A DNA stretch of 64,000 nt from Octopus sinensis (GCF_006345805.1 NC_042998.1:186682001-186746000), one strand, 5' to 3'; shown: positions 41,266-55,532, numbered from the stretch's first letter. The notes: generated by a model from the letters alone, not told the origin. Numbers and translations: made by a program.

Positions 41266-41351
41266 CACAATCATTTCAGTTAGTATGTGCATATAAATAG
41301 ATCTCTACATCTTAGGTATAATCATATATGAGTGTGTATGCACGTATGTAC

Positions 41352-41387
<36 letters not shown>

Positions 41388-42454
41388 TTATGTATATGTG
41401 TGTACGAGTTGATGGCTGCGTAAACCAGAAGTTGATCAAATTTATCTCATATACCTAATAATAATTAACGACGATAAAACGCTTAAAGATAATAACATAA
41501 AATTACATTCGCAAGCCGTTCCATATCAGGAACGACGACGGAGTTGCTTTGGCCAGCAGTGTCTGAGTAAAAGATGGAGTAGTGTTCTCTAAGAAAGAAG
41601 CAGACTTGGTTATGGAAGGCATTAATGTCAACGAGACTTATGAGGTTAAATTGCCGAAGAAAAAGAGTTCAGAAATGCGTGGGATTATATTTTATTACGA
41701 ATTATTTTTACATTCATTGTTCGAACATAACTAAGGGTCTGTCTGCCTTTTAAAACTTTCAGAACGGCAAAAAAAAAAGGTACCAGATAAATATTGGAAC
41801 AACCCTAATTAAGTGATAATTTATCAAATGCATATTGTATCAGAAAAACTTTATTGAAGGAAATAAGAGATGTAGAGAAAAAAAGATATTTCTAAAATTT
41901 TTTGTCAAGTAAGGGAGACAACTTCAAGTATATTTCCGTATAACGTGTCCTCATCAGTAAAGTGAAACCTTTCTACTAAACTCTCCCTCTGTAGTTTCTT
42001 TTCTTCTAGAATAGGTCTATAAAGAGAATTACAACGAAATTAAATTCAAACGAACTCTATATAAGGATATTATTATTATTGTTATGTACATTATTATTGT
42101 ATATTATTATTTTATATTGTTATGCAGAGTCAGGAGGGGGTTGCGAGAAAGCTTGCTAGTCTTGCAATGCTTGGAGGGAGACTTTTCTTTCCATAATTAT
42201 TTCATTGGAGATGTTGCGATAGTGAGTAAACGTCTGTCATTCGGTGATAATGGGTAACATCCTCCACGTATTGTAAGCAGTGATTGTCAACTGAAGTGAC
42301 TCGTAGGTTTGGATTCTAACATCCTCGGTAGATCGGACATGTCAGAGGAGAAGTTCATTTGCTGGCAAAAGAAGTTAGCATACGGCTGACTGAAGGAACT
42401 TCAGTTACTTAGCTAACCTAATGTACAAAAGGGTTCAAAGATCATGGATACTCT

Positions 42455-42673
42455 CTCTCTCTTTTACTCTTTTACTTGTTTCAGTCATGTGACTGCGGCC
42501 ATGCTGGAGTACCGCCTTTTGTCGAGCAACTCGACCCCAGGACTTATTCTTTGTGAGCCTAGAACTTATTCTATCGGTCTCTTTTGCTAAGTTACGGGGA
42601 CGTAAACACACCAGCATCGGTTGTCAAGCGATGTTGGGGGGGGGGACAAACACAGACAAACATATACACACAC

Positions 42674-42732
<59 letters not shown>

Positions 42733-42885
42733 TACGACGGGATTCTTTCAGTTTCCGTCTACCAATTCACTCACAAGGCTTTGGTCGGCCCGAAGCTATA
42801 GTAGAAGACACTTGCCCAAGGTGCCACGCAGTGGGACTGAACCCGGCACCATGTGGTTGGTAAGCAAGCTACTTACCACACAGCG
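42455..42885 (-). mobile_element. SINE family B
   Basis: Matches family B with internal (TA)n. Confidence 0.88.
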
Positions 42886-43763
42886 TGGATGTATGCGATA
42901 GTAAGTAAGATATGCAATGTGTTGCGTTGATTAAGAAATAAACGTGAACTGATGGAGAAGAGAGACTGGGGTGTGGGGTGAAGGATGGGTTTTGCAGCAG
43001 AGAAAAAATTGAAGTGTGCTCGGAGAGTTGTTGTATCGTCCAAACACTTAAGCCCTTCGCTTTCTATGGCACATAGACCATCGACAACTTTCCTTTACTG
43101 TTCTCAACTCTAAAAGAAGGCCTTCCTCTCCCAGGTTTTGTTGCTTTTGAATTGTCACCGATGCTTCTGTAACTTGGCTTTTTTCTTAGCTAGGAGTGTT
43201 GACCTATCACAAACCCATTTTTATCTCTGGGAAGAGGTGGTCCATATTAGTCTGACCTGTTCAGTATGGAAGATCCTACCAGGAGCTTGTACTCAGCCGG
43301 CATAGTTATCAGGGCCATCGAAACACATAAGCCACCACACAGCAACAAGGACTAGACCTTGTGGTGGTCTAGACACGCAGGTAGGCGAGAATAGGAAGGC
43401 ATAGATAGTTCAGGATAGTAAATGATTGGGCATTTATCAGTGTCGATTTGAGAGGGCGCTAGCATTGATATTTACCAGGAGGCTCGTTGCAATTATCAAA
43501 CTATCGAATTACAGGAAACATAATTCTACTATAATGGCTTCTGCTCCACAGAGCCGGCTGGTCTCGTACCTCCTCCACTCAAGCACTCACCACCTATTCG
43601 TTTCTCCATCTCTACTTGCTTTTGTTGCGCCCAACAGCCCCCATCCCATCCTATCCCATCCCGTCCCTACTTCACACTACCCATTTTATCCAGTTTCCAC
43701 TGAACATGAGCCCTTGGAATGAGGTCAGGGAACCAAAGAAAGAAGAAGGTAGAAGACAGGCAC

Positions 43764-43870
43764 CCAACATCAGAGCTGAAGACACCTCCGAAAGGGTGGG
43801 GCCCCGCCACGTCAAAACGGTAGCGGAGTAGGGGCCGAAACCGGACGTGGTTCCTCCTGACGATGTCTTG
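43764..43870 (+). ncRNA. Hammerhead-ribozyme-like (type I topology) motif with non-canonical branched helix II
   Basis: CTGAAGA (43776-43782), GAAAC (43837-43841), helix III CC/GG with GT(T)C, and extended helix I ACATCAGAG / CTCCTGACGATGT. Confidence 0.4.
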
Positions 43871-44071
43871 AGCTAACTGGATCCTATAAAGGAGCTGTTG
43901 TGGTAATTCCTCCCCTGCGGATATTTGTCTTGCAATATTTCAAACAGAACATTATCTTCATCAAATCTCCGAGGGTCTGCAAAAATCATGGGTATTGCTC
44001 CTCCCTACTCACTCAGCAAGTTTTTTTTTTTTTTAATAAAAGTAGTAGAGAGGCCAGATTAAAAGGTTTGG

Positions 44072-44232
44072 CGCAGGCACGGCTGTGTGGTTGAATAGCT
44101 TGCTTTCTGGCCATGCAGTTCTTCGGTTCAGTCCCACTGTGCGGTACTTTGGGCAAGTGTCTTCTATTATGGCTCCGAACCGACCAAAGCCCTGTGGATG
44201 GATTTGGCATACAGAAACTGAAAGAAGCCCGT

Positions 44233-44282
<50 letters not shown>

Positions 44283-44490
44283 TTTGTCTCCCCACTTCAC
44301 TTAACAACCAGTTCTGGTTTGTTTACGTCCTCATAACTTAGTGGTTCGGAAAAAAGTGACCGATAGAATAAATACCTGTCTTAACAAAAAAGTATATTTT
44401 GCACCGTGGGCGATTTGTTCGACTAAAACCTTCACGGAAGTGCTCCAGAACGGCCGCAGTCCAATGACTGAAACAAGTCAAACGTAAGGA
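44072..44490 (+). mobile_element. SINE family B, diverged, internal (TG)n
   Basis: Matches the family B head and body. Confidence 0.8.
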
Positions 44491-45506
44491 ATAAAGAAGA
44501 AACTTTGTTCGTTTTTCTTCTGCAAGTTTTACTTCTTCAATTAATTAAGAAAAGGTTAGGGTCGAAGTACATAAACTAGAACTAGTAACACCTTCGCAGG
44601 CTGACCTATCAAATGACGCATGTTCTCGTATCATTTTCTTCTTCGGTGAGCAGAGTATTTCGGGAAACTCTCCTATCCCAAGAACATAGGTTTCCAGCTG
44701 GGACGCCGAACGAAAGAGATCGACATAGTGATCATCGGTAAACCATGAGCTCTGGTTGCCCCTGTCCGCGTCCTCCAACGCCTATCAACCCCTATACTTA
44801 CACTCCCATCAAACATTCATAGTTTAACTCTTGAAATAGTCGATTTAGTTAAGTAAAAGATGTATAATTTTAGAAAGTTTACAAAGCTGTTGATAAACAA
44901 ATGGCTTTTAAACGTATTCAAAACAACTTTACAAGTGGGGAGTGTGAAACGAAAGGAAAAGGCCGAGCGATGACAAATGCCTGAAAATATATGAATAAAT
45001 AAATATATGAAATGGAAGGGAAGAACAGAGAAAGGATGGAAGGATGGAAGGATGGAAAGAAAGATTGAAGGGAAGTTGGGAGGAGAAAAACGACAACAAA
45101 CTATTAAACAAAATGTAAATAAATAACTAAACAGATAAATGAATAAGTAAAAAATTTTGACATATTTTCAGCTTGAAAAAGTAGACGATTCACAAACAAA
45201 TAAAGAGACATTCTATCCTATCATTTCCTCGCGTAAATAATGAGAGTTTACAACATGAAATATTTGAAATGCCACGAATAACACACTTCACTTCTTCATA
45301 CACAGACACACACACACATACATACACACGTACATACACACATACACACACACACACACACATACACACACAAACATACATACACACACATGCACGAACA
45401 CATGAACCACTCCTACAGACAATTACATTCATATAAAAATATATGTACATGACTATTATATATATATATTGTGTGTGTGTGTGCGTGTGTGTTGTGTGTG
45501 TGTGTA

Positions 45507-45538
<32 letters not shown>

Positions 45539-46111
45539 TATATAACACATATACATACATACTACATACATACATACATACATACATATACATACATACA
45601 TACATACCTACATACATACGTGCATACATACACACAAACAAAATATGTATATACATACATACACGTACACATATATTTATATATATATTCACACCCACCC
45701 CCACACAAACATATATATAAGGATAAGATCGTTATTTAAATAGCGATTTTATCAGGTGGCCAGCATGAGAATAAAAACCTTCAAAGGTAATAATTATTAT
45801 TAAAATTATCTAATGTGGTTTTAGAGTCAAGTTTTGGCAGCTATTTCCAGCGAGATGGTACCTCTTAGATACCCTAAGTTATACTTTTAATACACATACA
45901 CACACATACACACACACACGCATATATATATAAATATATGTATATGCATGTATGCATGGATCGTGTATGTATAGTATGTTTTCATGTGTATGTATACCTG
46001 TATGTATATACATGCACATACATACATACATACATATATATGTATATATACACATATATATGTATGTATATATATGTATGAGCGTGTGTGTATACACATA
46101 TATATATGCGC

Positions 46112-46182
<71 letters not shown>

Positions 46183-46366
46183 GTGTGTTGTGTGTGTATG
46201 TATATATAAATATATATATATATACATACATGTATATATGTGTGTGTATCTATACATATATATGTGTGTATGTATATATGTATATATATACATATATGTG
46301 TGTGTGTGTATATATATATATACATATATATGCGTGTATGTATATACATATGCGTGTATATGTGTG

Positions 46367-46421
<55 letters not shown>

Positions 46422-46820
46422 ACACACACACACACACACACACATACTGTTGTGTCTGGGGAGAGTCATTCTCTTTTAATACCTTATAATTTAACACACA
46501 CACCGTTAACATTTCCACTCATTTACTTATTTATTTTTCTAAAATTTTCGTTGGGTCTTGCAACCTTTTCAATACTTGTTCACTCTGTCCGTTATTGAAG
46601 CTGCGTTCTTTTTGCTTGTTTGTGCGCATGTGTATGGGTCAGTGTATGTGTGTGTGTGTGTGTGCATACACATGTATGTATGTATGTATGTATGTATGTA
46701 TGTATGTATATATGTATGATTGTATGTGTGTACGTATGTATATATGTATTCTGCCTGCATACTCATGTGTTTGTGTGTCCAAAAACGAATTATATATATA
46801 TATATATATATATATACATA

Positions 46821-46851
<31 letters not shown>

Positions 46852-46873
46852 ACATACATATATATATAATATA

Positions 46874-46924
<51 letters not shown>

Positions 46925-46939
46925 GTATATTTGTGTGTG

Positions 46940-46971
<32 letters not shown>

Positions 46972-47334
46972 ATATATATGTATGTATATGTATGTATATT
47001 CTACACATATTTAGCCAACCTTGACCTTAGTCACTATGCCCTACTAAACATGCAAACCAGAAATTATTTCTTCTCAGAGACAGAAAATTTCTTATCCTCT
47101 ATCTTTATATCATCCCTGCTGTCCAGACTCCAACTCTCAGCTCTGAAAAAGTGGTACCAGGGCTTATGTAGAATTCTTTCTCCCTCCCACTCCTGCCTGG
47201 GGGTGTCAGGGGTGAAGTCTTGCAAGCTGCTCTGGTTCAAAGTCTCTCTCTCCTCTCTCCACGTCTCTAAATTCCTCTGTTATCACTTTTCCGAAGACCT
47301 CCAACCACCTGCAGTCGTACAAACTGTTGCTGCA

Positions 47335-47443
47335 GCTACCACCACCACCACCACCACCACCACCGTCACCACCACTACCACCACCACCACCGACGCCGAT
47401 ACCGCCTCCGCCGCCGCCGCCGCCACCACTACTACTACTACTG

Positions 47444-47474
<31 letters not shown>

Positions 47475-47580
47475 CACCACCATCACCACCACCACCACCG
47501 TTACTACTACCACCACCACCATTACTACTACTACAACTACTACCACCACCACCACCATTACTACTACTACTACTACTACT
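47335..47580. repeat. Compound trinucleotide repeat (ACC/ACT/GCC)n
   Basis: Direct inspection. Confidence 0.95.
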
Positions 47581-47719
47581 CTATTGTCTCTCTCTCACAT
47601 CCAACACACGTGTGTGTGCTCATCCGTACGTGCTCGCGCACACACGAATACACACATTAGTTAACTCTCTCTCTCTCACTCTCTCTCCCTCTATCTCTCT
47701 CTCTCTCTCCTTCTCTTCT

Positions 47720-47830
47720 ACCTCTCTATATAAGTCATGATCTTCGGTATATTTAATGTGCAAACCTCTCATTGGCTGTCGCTCTCATCCGGCACTGTTA
47801 AAGAACACTAACGTGGATAGCCAATTAGGT
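47720..47830 (-). promoter_or_regulatory. Possible Pol II promoter (CCAAT boxes plus TATA-like)
   Basis: ATTGG near 47771, CCAAT near 47822, and TATATAG on the minus strand near 47725, upstream of a GA-rich and triplet-repeat leader. Motif evidence only. Confidence 0.25.
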
Positions 47831-48069
47831 ACTGCTTTGGTAAAAATGTCACACAACCTTCAAGTATCATAAAACTCAATGCAGAAAGCTGGTTTCGTTG
47901 ATATTTGTATTGGGCAACGCATTGTTGCACACATAGTGAAGGCGCGTAGCTTAGTGGTTAGGGTATTCGGCTCACGGTCGAAAAGGAGGTGAGTTCGAAT
48001 CCCGGCGGCGTGTTATGCTCCTTGAGCAAGATACTTTATTTCGCGTTGCTTCAGTTCACTCAACCGATT

Positions 48070-48492
48070 GGATCTTTTCGGTTTGACCGGCAGTTTTTTC
48101 TAGCGGTGTCATATGAAATTGTCACCCATAATTATGACCCTAGTATCGATCTATTGCATTTCAATCTGTTTGAGGGTTAGGGTAGTTAGGGTTAGGGGTG
48201 GGGGAAGGGTATCTTTTTTTCTTCAGAAATGTAAATAAACCCAATCTGTTTCTTAAACGAGGGACATATTCATACGGCACATAATGTTTTCACCTCAATA
48301 GATGGTCATTGATTGGTTGAACTTGCAGAAATTGAAGAAAAAAACAACAAATATCTTACAAACTATAGAATTTTCTCAATAAAGCCAAGAGAAAAGATGT
48401 TTTATAAACACATTCTACCAGTATACTAAGTTTAAAATTTTGTAGTTACCTAGAAATTATGTTAAAAACTGCCTTTCAAACCGAAAAGATCC
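48070..48492 (+). mobile_element. TTAGGG-bearing MITE inserted in a family C SINE (head at 47938)
   Basis: TIRs with 8-bp TSD AACCGATT/AACTGATT; the SINE 3' part resumes after 48500. Confidence 0.9.
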
Positions 48493-48952
48493 AACTGATT
48501 AAATTGAGTAGGATCTGAGTTTCAAAAGGTCAACGCTTAATTTCTCTGAGAATTATGTTAAGGGAACACGTGTCTTAGAAGTGCTTAGCCAATTGCAAGT
48601 TAGTTTCATGAGCAAGCTCTTCCGCTGATCGGTTCAATTGGAACACTCGTCGTCGTAACCGACGGAGTACCACTTATACACATATACATACGCAACTTTA
48701 TCTTTCTTTTGTCTTTTATCTTTATTTTTTACTTGTTTCAGTCACTGGACTGTGGCCATGGTGGGTTTAGTCGAACAAATCACTCACAGAGCTTGTTTTT
48801 ATTTTACCGGCTCTCTTACCGGTACTTATTTTACCAGCCCTTTTACCGAACAGCTAAGTTACAGATCAACCCCGGTTGTCAAGTGGTGGGTAGAAGCAAC
48901 AACAGTTACAAAGACAAACAAACGTCGACATATTATATTATATTATATTATG

Positions 48953-49220
48953 TGGAGGCGCAATGGCCCAGTGGACTCGCGGTCGTAGGATCGCGGTTTC
49001 GATCCCCAGACCGGTCGTTGTGTGTGTTTATTGAGCAAAAACACCTAAATCTCCCTGCTGTACTCTTTCACCACAACTTTCTCTCACTCTTTCCTCTGTT
49101 GGCCTACTCGCTTAGCCAGCGGGATGGCGTCATTTGAAAGCAAAAACAATGCGAAGCGCATTGTGACCAGCGATGTGTAGCAACATCTGATATCATGGTC
49201 GGTCACGGTGATCACGGTGA
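48953..49220 (+). mobile_element. tRNA(Arg)-like SINE, family C variant
   Basis: GGAGGCGCAATGGCCCAGTGGACTCGCGGTC head, related to 6356-6676, with a (CACGGTGAT) tail. Confidence 0.75.
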
Positions 49221-49951
49221 AATCATATTATATTGTATTAGTACCCTAGGGGTTATAAAGGAAGCCAGTGGGACTGGCCTCCCAAAACACGTTGTTGCAA
49301 AATGAGCTTTGACTACCTTATCCATATGATCTCAAGGACCACTGAGCGACAGGCTGCGATTCAAATAAGAAAGATTTATCGGAGAAGGCCAGAGTGCGCC
49401 ACTGATTAACAATCTTCGTCAGTTTTGTAGTATTGTTACAGCATCTGTTGATCAGACACAGATTCCTCTTGCCGTTTGATTTCGGTTTGTTCTCTCTTCA
49501 GTTTAAAGAACTGACCTGCTAGAAATTCTATTCCAAACATTGGTTGACAGACACGGAGGAGATGACTTACCCAACAGAAACCGTTTGCAGATGGACACAT
49601 GGTGCTCTTTAAACTTCTCTCTGTGGCCACTTAATATAAACACTATGTCCTGTAGTTTGACGTCAAGCATCTCTCAGATGTATCTGCTTTCAAAAGAGTC
49701 TAGTTTCTTAAAATGCGTGTTTTTGTCTGTCTGTAAGTATGTATATACATAAATACATACGCACAAACATACACACGTACGTGCGTACAGCTGTGCGTAT
49801 ATATTTTTAGGCCTACATGCACATATGCATACATGTATGCATGCATACATACGTGCATACTTACATACATAAACACACACGTAACATCCCTCCCTCCCCA
49901 CTTTGCGAACCAGTACAATCGTTATACTGTTGGTATTTTTGAAGTCCTCAA

Positions 49952-50180
49952 GGCGGCGAGCTGGCAGAAACGTTAGCACGCCGGGCGAAATGCTTAGCGG
50001 TATTTCGTCTGCCGCTACGTTCTGAGTTCAAATTCCGCCGAGGTCGACTTTGCTTTTCATCCTTTCGGGGTCGATTAAATAAGTACCAGTTACGCACTAG
50101 GGTCGATATAATCGACTTAATCCGTTTGTCTGTCCTTGTTTGTCCTCTCTGTGTTTAGCCCCTTGTGGGTAGTAAAGAAA
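49952..50180 (+). mobile_element. SINE family A, full length
   Basis: TSD TTGGTATTTTTGAAGTC (49930-49946, 50181-50197). Confidence 0.92.
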
Positions 50181-50689
50181 TTGGTATTTTTGAAGTCTCA
50201 CCAAAGTCAGTTTTGTTATTCCTCCATTTGTTACCCCAGTTTAAGTAGGACACCCCCAAAGAGTGTTGGCCTATGTATAGTGTCAAAGGCCTTCGTAAGA
50301 TTGATGAAGACTGGCACAAATAAAGTCGTTGTCCTCTACACTTCTCATGAACCTATCGGGTTTTTTAAAACTTATACCATTTGTATGTTTATTTGGCCGA
50401 AAGCCACATGTCACTCAGGAAGAATGTCTAGTGCAACAGGGTCCAGCAACCGACTGAAAAGCATCCCTGTGAAGATTTTGCCAACATCTGACAACAAGGG
50501 GAGCCCACGATAGATACCATGTCTTTGAGTGTTTTCTTAAACAAAGAGACGAGAATGGTATCTTTCAACTCTTATGCGGTTTCGAATCTCGTCCACACTG
50601 TGAAATATGGGAGATAAAAACCCCAGTATCTTATCATCACCTTTCTGAACTAGTTCAACAATAATGCCACCATCCACGCCATACTTACA

Positions 50690-51405
50690 TACATATATAC
50701 ACATACACATACATACATACATACATACATAATACATACATACATACATGCATACATGCATGCATGCATACATACATACATACATACATACATACATGCA
50801 TATATACATGCATACATACATATATACATACATACATACATACATACATACATACATACATGCATACATACATACACACATACATACATAAAGAAGGAGA
50901 AAGGATCCTCTTCCTTCACAAATGACAAATGGAATTGCACCTAAAAATTCCCCTCCAAGGCACAAGTCCGGGCAAGGTTGTTTATGGAAGACCAGTAGTC
51001 GCCCATGCACACCAAACTTTCATCTCCATGCCATCGATTTTATCCAAGAGAAAGTCAAAGGCCGATACAGCTTGGCACCAGTGTCATTGCAACTCACTTC
51101 TACAGCTGAGTGAACTGCAGCAACGTGAAATAAAGTGTCTTGCTAAAGAACACAATATGCAGCTTGCTCCTGGAATCCAACTCAGTAAGTCATGATTGTG
51201 AGCTCGCCGCTCTAACCACTAAACTATACATACATATATACATTCATTCATACATACATACATACATACATACATACATACATACATACATACATACATA
51301 CATACATACATACATACATAATACATACATACATACAAACATACATACATACATACATACACTCATACATACATATATGCATATACTCATACATACATAT
51401 ATGCA

Positions 51406-51439
<34 letters not shown>

Positions 51440-52461
51440 CATACATACATACATACACACATACACACATACATACATACATATATACATACATACATAC
51501 ATACATACATACTACATACATACATACATAATTACATACATACGTACGTACGTACGTACGGACATACATACATACATACATACATACATTCATACATATA
51601 TACAAACATACATACATACATACGTACACTCATACATACATATATGCATACATTCATACATACATATATGCATACATACATACATGCATACGTACATACA
51701 TACATACATACATACATACATACATACATACATACATACATACATACATACACACATACACACACATACATACATACATACATACATATATACATACATA
51801 CATACATACATACGTACGTACATACATACATATATATATATATACATACATACATACATCATACATACATACATACATACATACATACATACATACATAC
51901 ATACATACATGCATACATACATACACACATACATACATAAAGAAGGAGAAAGGATCCTCTTCCTTCACAAATGACAAATGGAATTGCACCTAAAAATTCC
52001 CCTCCAAGGCACAAGTCCGGGCAAGGTTGTTTATGGAAGACCAGTAGTCGCCCATGCACACCAAACTTTCATCTCCATGCCATCGATTTTATCCAAGAGA
52101 AAGTCAAAGGCCGATACAGCTTGGCACCAGTGTCATTGCAACTCACTTCTACAGCTGAGTGAACTGCAGCAACGTGAAATAAAGTGTCTTGCTAAAGAAC
52201 ACAATATGCAGCTTGCTCCTGGAATCCAACTCAGTAAGTCATGATTGTGAGCTCGCCGCTCTAACCACTAAACTATACATACATATATACATTCATTCAT
52301 ACATACATACATACATACATACATACATACATACATACATACATACATACTACATACATACATACATAATACATACATACATACAAACATACATACATAC
52401 ATACATACACTCATACATACATATATGCATATACTCATACATACATATATACATACATACA

Positions 52462-52494
<33 letters not shown>

Positions 52495-52759
52495 CATACA
52501 TACATACATACATACATACCACATACATACATACATATATACATACATACATACATACATACGTACGTACATACATACATACATAATTACATACATACGT
52601 ACGTACGTACGTACGGACATACATACATACATACATACATACATTCATACATATATACAAACATACATACATACATACGTACACTCATACATACATATAT
52701 GCATACATTCATACATACATATATGCATACATACATACATGCATACGTACATACATACA

Positions 52760-52792
<33 letters not shown>

Positions 52793-53478
52793 GCATACAT
52801 ACATACATACACACATACACACACATACATACATACATACATACATATATACATACATACATACATACATACGTACGTACATACATACATATATATATAT
52901 ATACATACATACATACATACATACATACATACATACATACATACATACATACATACATACACACGTACGTACGTACGTACGGACAAACATACATACATAC
53001 ATACATACATAATACATACATACATACATACATACAAACATACATACATACACTCATACATACATATATGCATACATTCATACATACATATATGCATACA
53101 TACATACATACATACATACATACATACATACATACACACGTACGTACGTACGTACGGACATACATACATACATACATACATACATACATACATAATACAT
53201 ACATACATACATACAAACATACATACATACACTCATACATACATATATGCATACATTCATACATACATATATGCATACATACATACATACATACATACAT
53301 ACACACACGCACACACATGCATACATACATACATACATATATACATACATACATACATACATACATACATACACACACGCACACACATACATACATACAT
53401 ACATACATAATACATACATACATACTACATACATACATACATACATACATACATACATACATACATACATACATACAT
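50690..53478. repeat. (ATAC)n satellite field containing a 1049-bp tandem duplication with a SINE, and 175-bp higher-order units
   Basis: Identical SINE-derived ORFs at 50922 and 51971 (offset 1049). The variant block CGTACGTACGGAC recurs, e.g. GGAC at 52981 and 53156. Confidence 0.9.
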
Positions 53479-53915
53479 GATATGAGATTGCATGTTGAAA
53501 CTGAATCCATTTCCTCGAACTAGTGTCATTTAAAACACGTGTACAATTACACTGGCTTCTAATTGATTATTATTATTTTACAACAGAACAGACCATAAAA
53601 TATCAGACTTTCGCACTGATAGCAAAATGTGTATGCGTGTGTTTATAAACCTTAGATTTGTTATATATATTTGTTCACGGTAATATAATCTTCTTTGATA
53701 TATCTTCAATACACCTACGATTACTCTCCAAAACTAAACTATTGTGTCCATCCAATTAACATATTTCATACCATTTGTTTCGACTTCGGATTCAATTGAA
53801 GTGCTTTCATTTTATTAAAACCTGCTAATTGAGCTGACGTTTTATTTTTGCTCATTAAATATTCTTAATACTATCTGCAGATAGACATGAGTGTGTTATA
53901 CATGCAAAGCCACAC

Positions 53916-53968
<53 letters not shown>

Positions 53969-53986
53969 CACACACACACACACACA

Positions 53987-54023
<37 letters not shown>

Positions 54024-54146
54024 GCACACACACACACACAAGCACACACACACACATACACACACGTACACACATACGCGCACCGTCCGTCCGTCTGCCT
54101 GTCTGTCTATCTGTCTGGATGATAGTTGGATATCTTTATAGTTTTA

Positions 54147-54546
54147 CTAGCAGTATCGCCCGGCGTTGCTCGGGTTTGTAAGGGAAATAACTATATAAGC
54201 ATTTTTAGAGAGTTATATAGCCAAAAAACTAGCAAAAAATGCATTAAAAATGGAAAAAAAATGATGGTAATTTTTTTTAAAAATCGTTGACTCATCGTAG
54301 ACATTTTTAGAGAGTTACTTCCCTTATATAATAGCGAAAAAATGCATTAAAAATGGAAAAAAATGATGGTAATTTTTTTTTAAATCGTAGACTCATCGTA
54401 GACGCGCGCTAATACCCAGAAGGGCTCGATATGAATCACGACTATAAGATACCCGGTTTTGGTTAAACTGCACCGCAAAATGTGGGAGTAGTTAGGAATC
54501 TAAATCGTAGGAGACAGACACACAACTTCACTTTTATATATAAAGA
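54147..54546 (-). mobile_element. Non-autonomous Helitron
   Basis: Minus strand 5' A|TCTTTATATATAAAAG and 3' hairpin CCCGAGCAACGCCGGG...CTAG|T, i.e. inserted in an AT dinucleotide with no TSD. Confidence 0.85.
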
Positions 54547-54702
54547 TTTCCCCAATTCCTCACCAATTAAAAAGGAGTGAGCTTCGAACCCAGATTCAAG
54601 GCTTAAACGTTGGATATGGGTATCAGCTTGGTAGTCGTGTATGTATGTATGTATGTATGTATGTATGTATGTATGTATGTATGTATGTATGTATGTATGT
54701 AT

Positions 54703-55325
54703 GAACCAAACTATGATCCGGTTTATGAATGCCACACCAAAAAGCTAAACTCCTTCCCACATGAACTCCCTGAAAAAGCTGTTGAAAATCACCTGGCAAA
54801 GACAAGGTCCTAGACACGGTGGTCCTCTCTCACGCTGATCTGCCAAGAATCTACACACTGCTGAGGAGAGCCAAGTCAGGTGAGCAGGTCACCTTGTTCG
54901 AATGCACGATACATGCCACCCCGAGGGACTTTTTTTTTACAGCGAACAGGCTAGACGCAAGCGCACACAAAGTGAACTGATAAAGAACTTCAAGGATGCA
55001 CTCAAAGCCTCATTAAAGAGCTTTGAGATCAACCTCGACACCTGGGAAACACAAGCGCATGACCGCCCTGTCTAGCGACGCAGTATCAGCTGAGGTACCA
55101 TATCGTACGAACAGAATTGCAGGAGCTCAAAGTAAACGCGAACTGCGTAAGTCCAGACGCAACTCCATATCTTCAGTCAATGCAGACCTACCAGTGCTCA
55201 GCCTGCGGCAGAACCTTCCGATCTTACATTGGACTGATTGGTCACAGCCGGACACATCGTACCGCGTTTTCCTCTACCATGTCATGACCTTGGTCATTGT
55301 CGACAGTGACGGACGAACGAAACAA
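54703..55325 (+). pseudogene. RTE-clade LINE 3' end
   Basis: Translation pieces KKLNSF, AGHLVRMHD, KRTSRMHSKPH/FKDALKASLKSFEINLDTWETQAHDR and NRIAGAQSKRELRK, followed by a 3' UTR running into (TATG)n. Confidence 0.75.
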
Positions 55326-55329
55326 TAAA

Positions 55330-55330
<1 letters not shown>

Positions 55331-55362
<32 letters not shown>

Positions 55363-55500
55363 TGTATGTATGTATGTATGTATGTATGTATTCATGTATG
55401 TATGTATGTATGTATGTATGTATGTATGTATGTATGTATGTACGTATGTATGTATGTATGCATGCATGTATGTATGTATGTATGAATGTACGTACGTACG

Positions 55501-55532
<32 letters not shown>

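Noticed and set aside
46921-47740. Poly-Thr and poly-Pro/Leu ORFs
   Set aside because: Triplet-repeat driven and starting inside (TA)n; there is no evidence for which frame, if any, is used.
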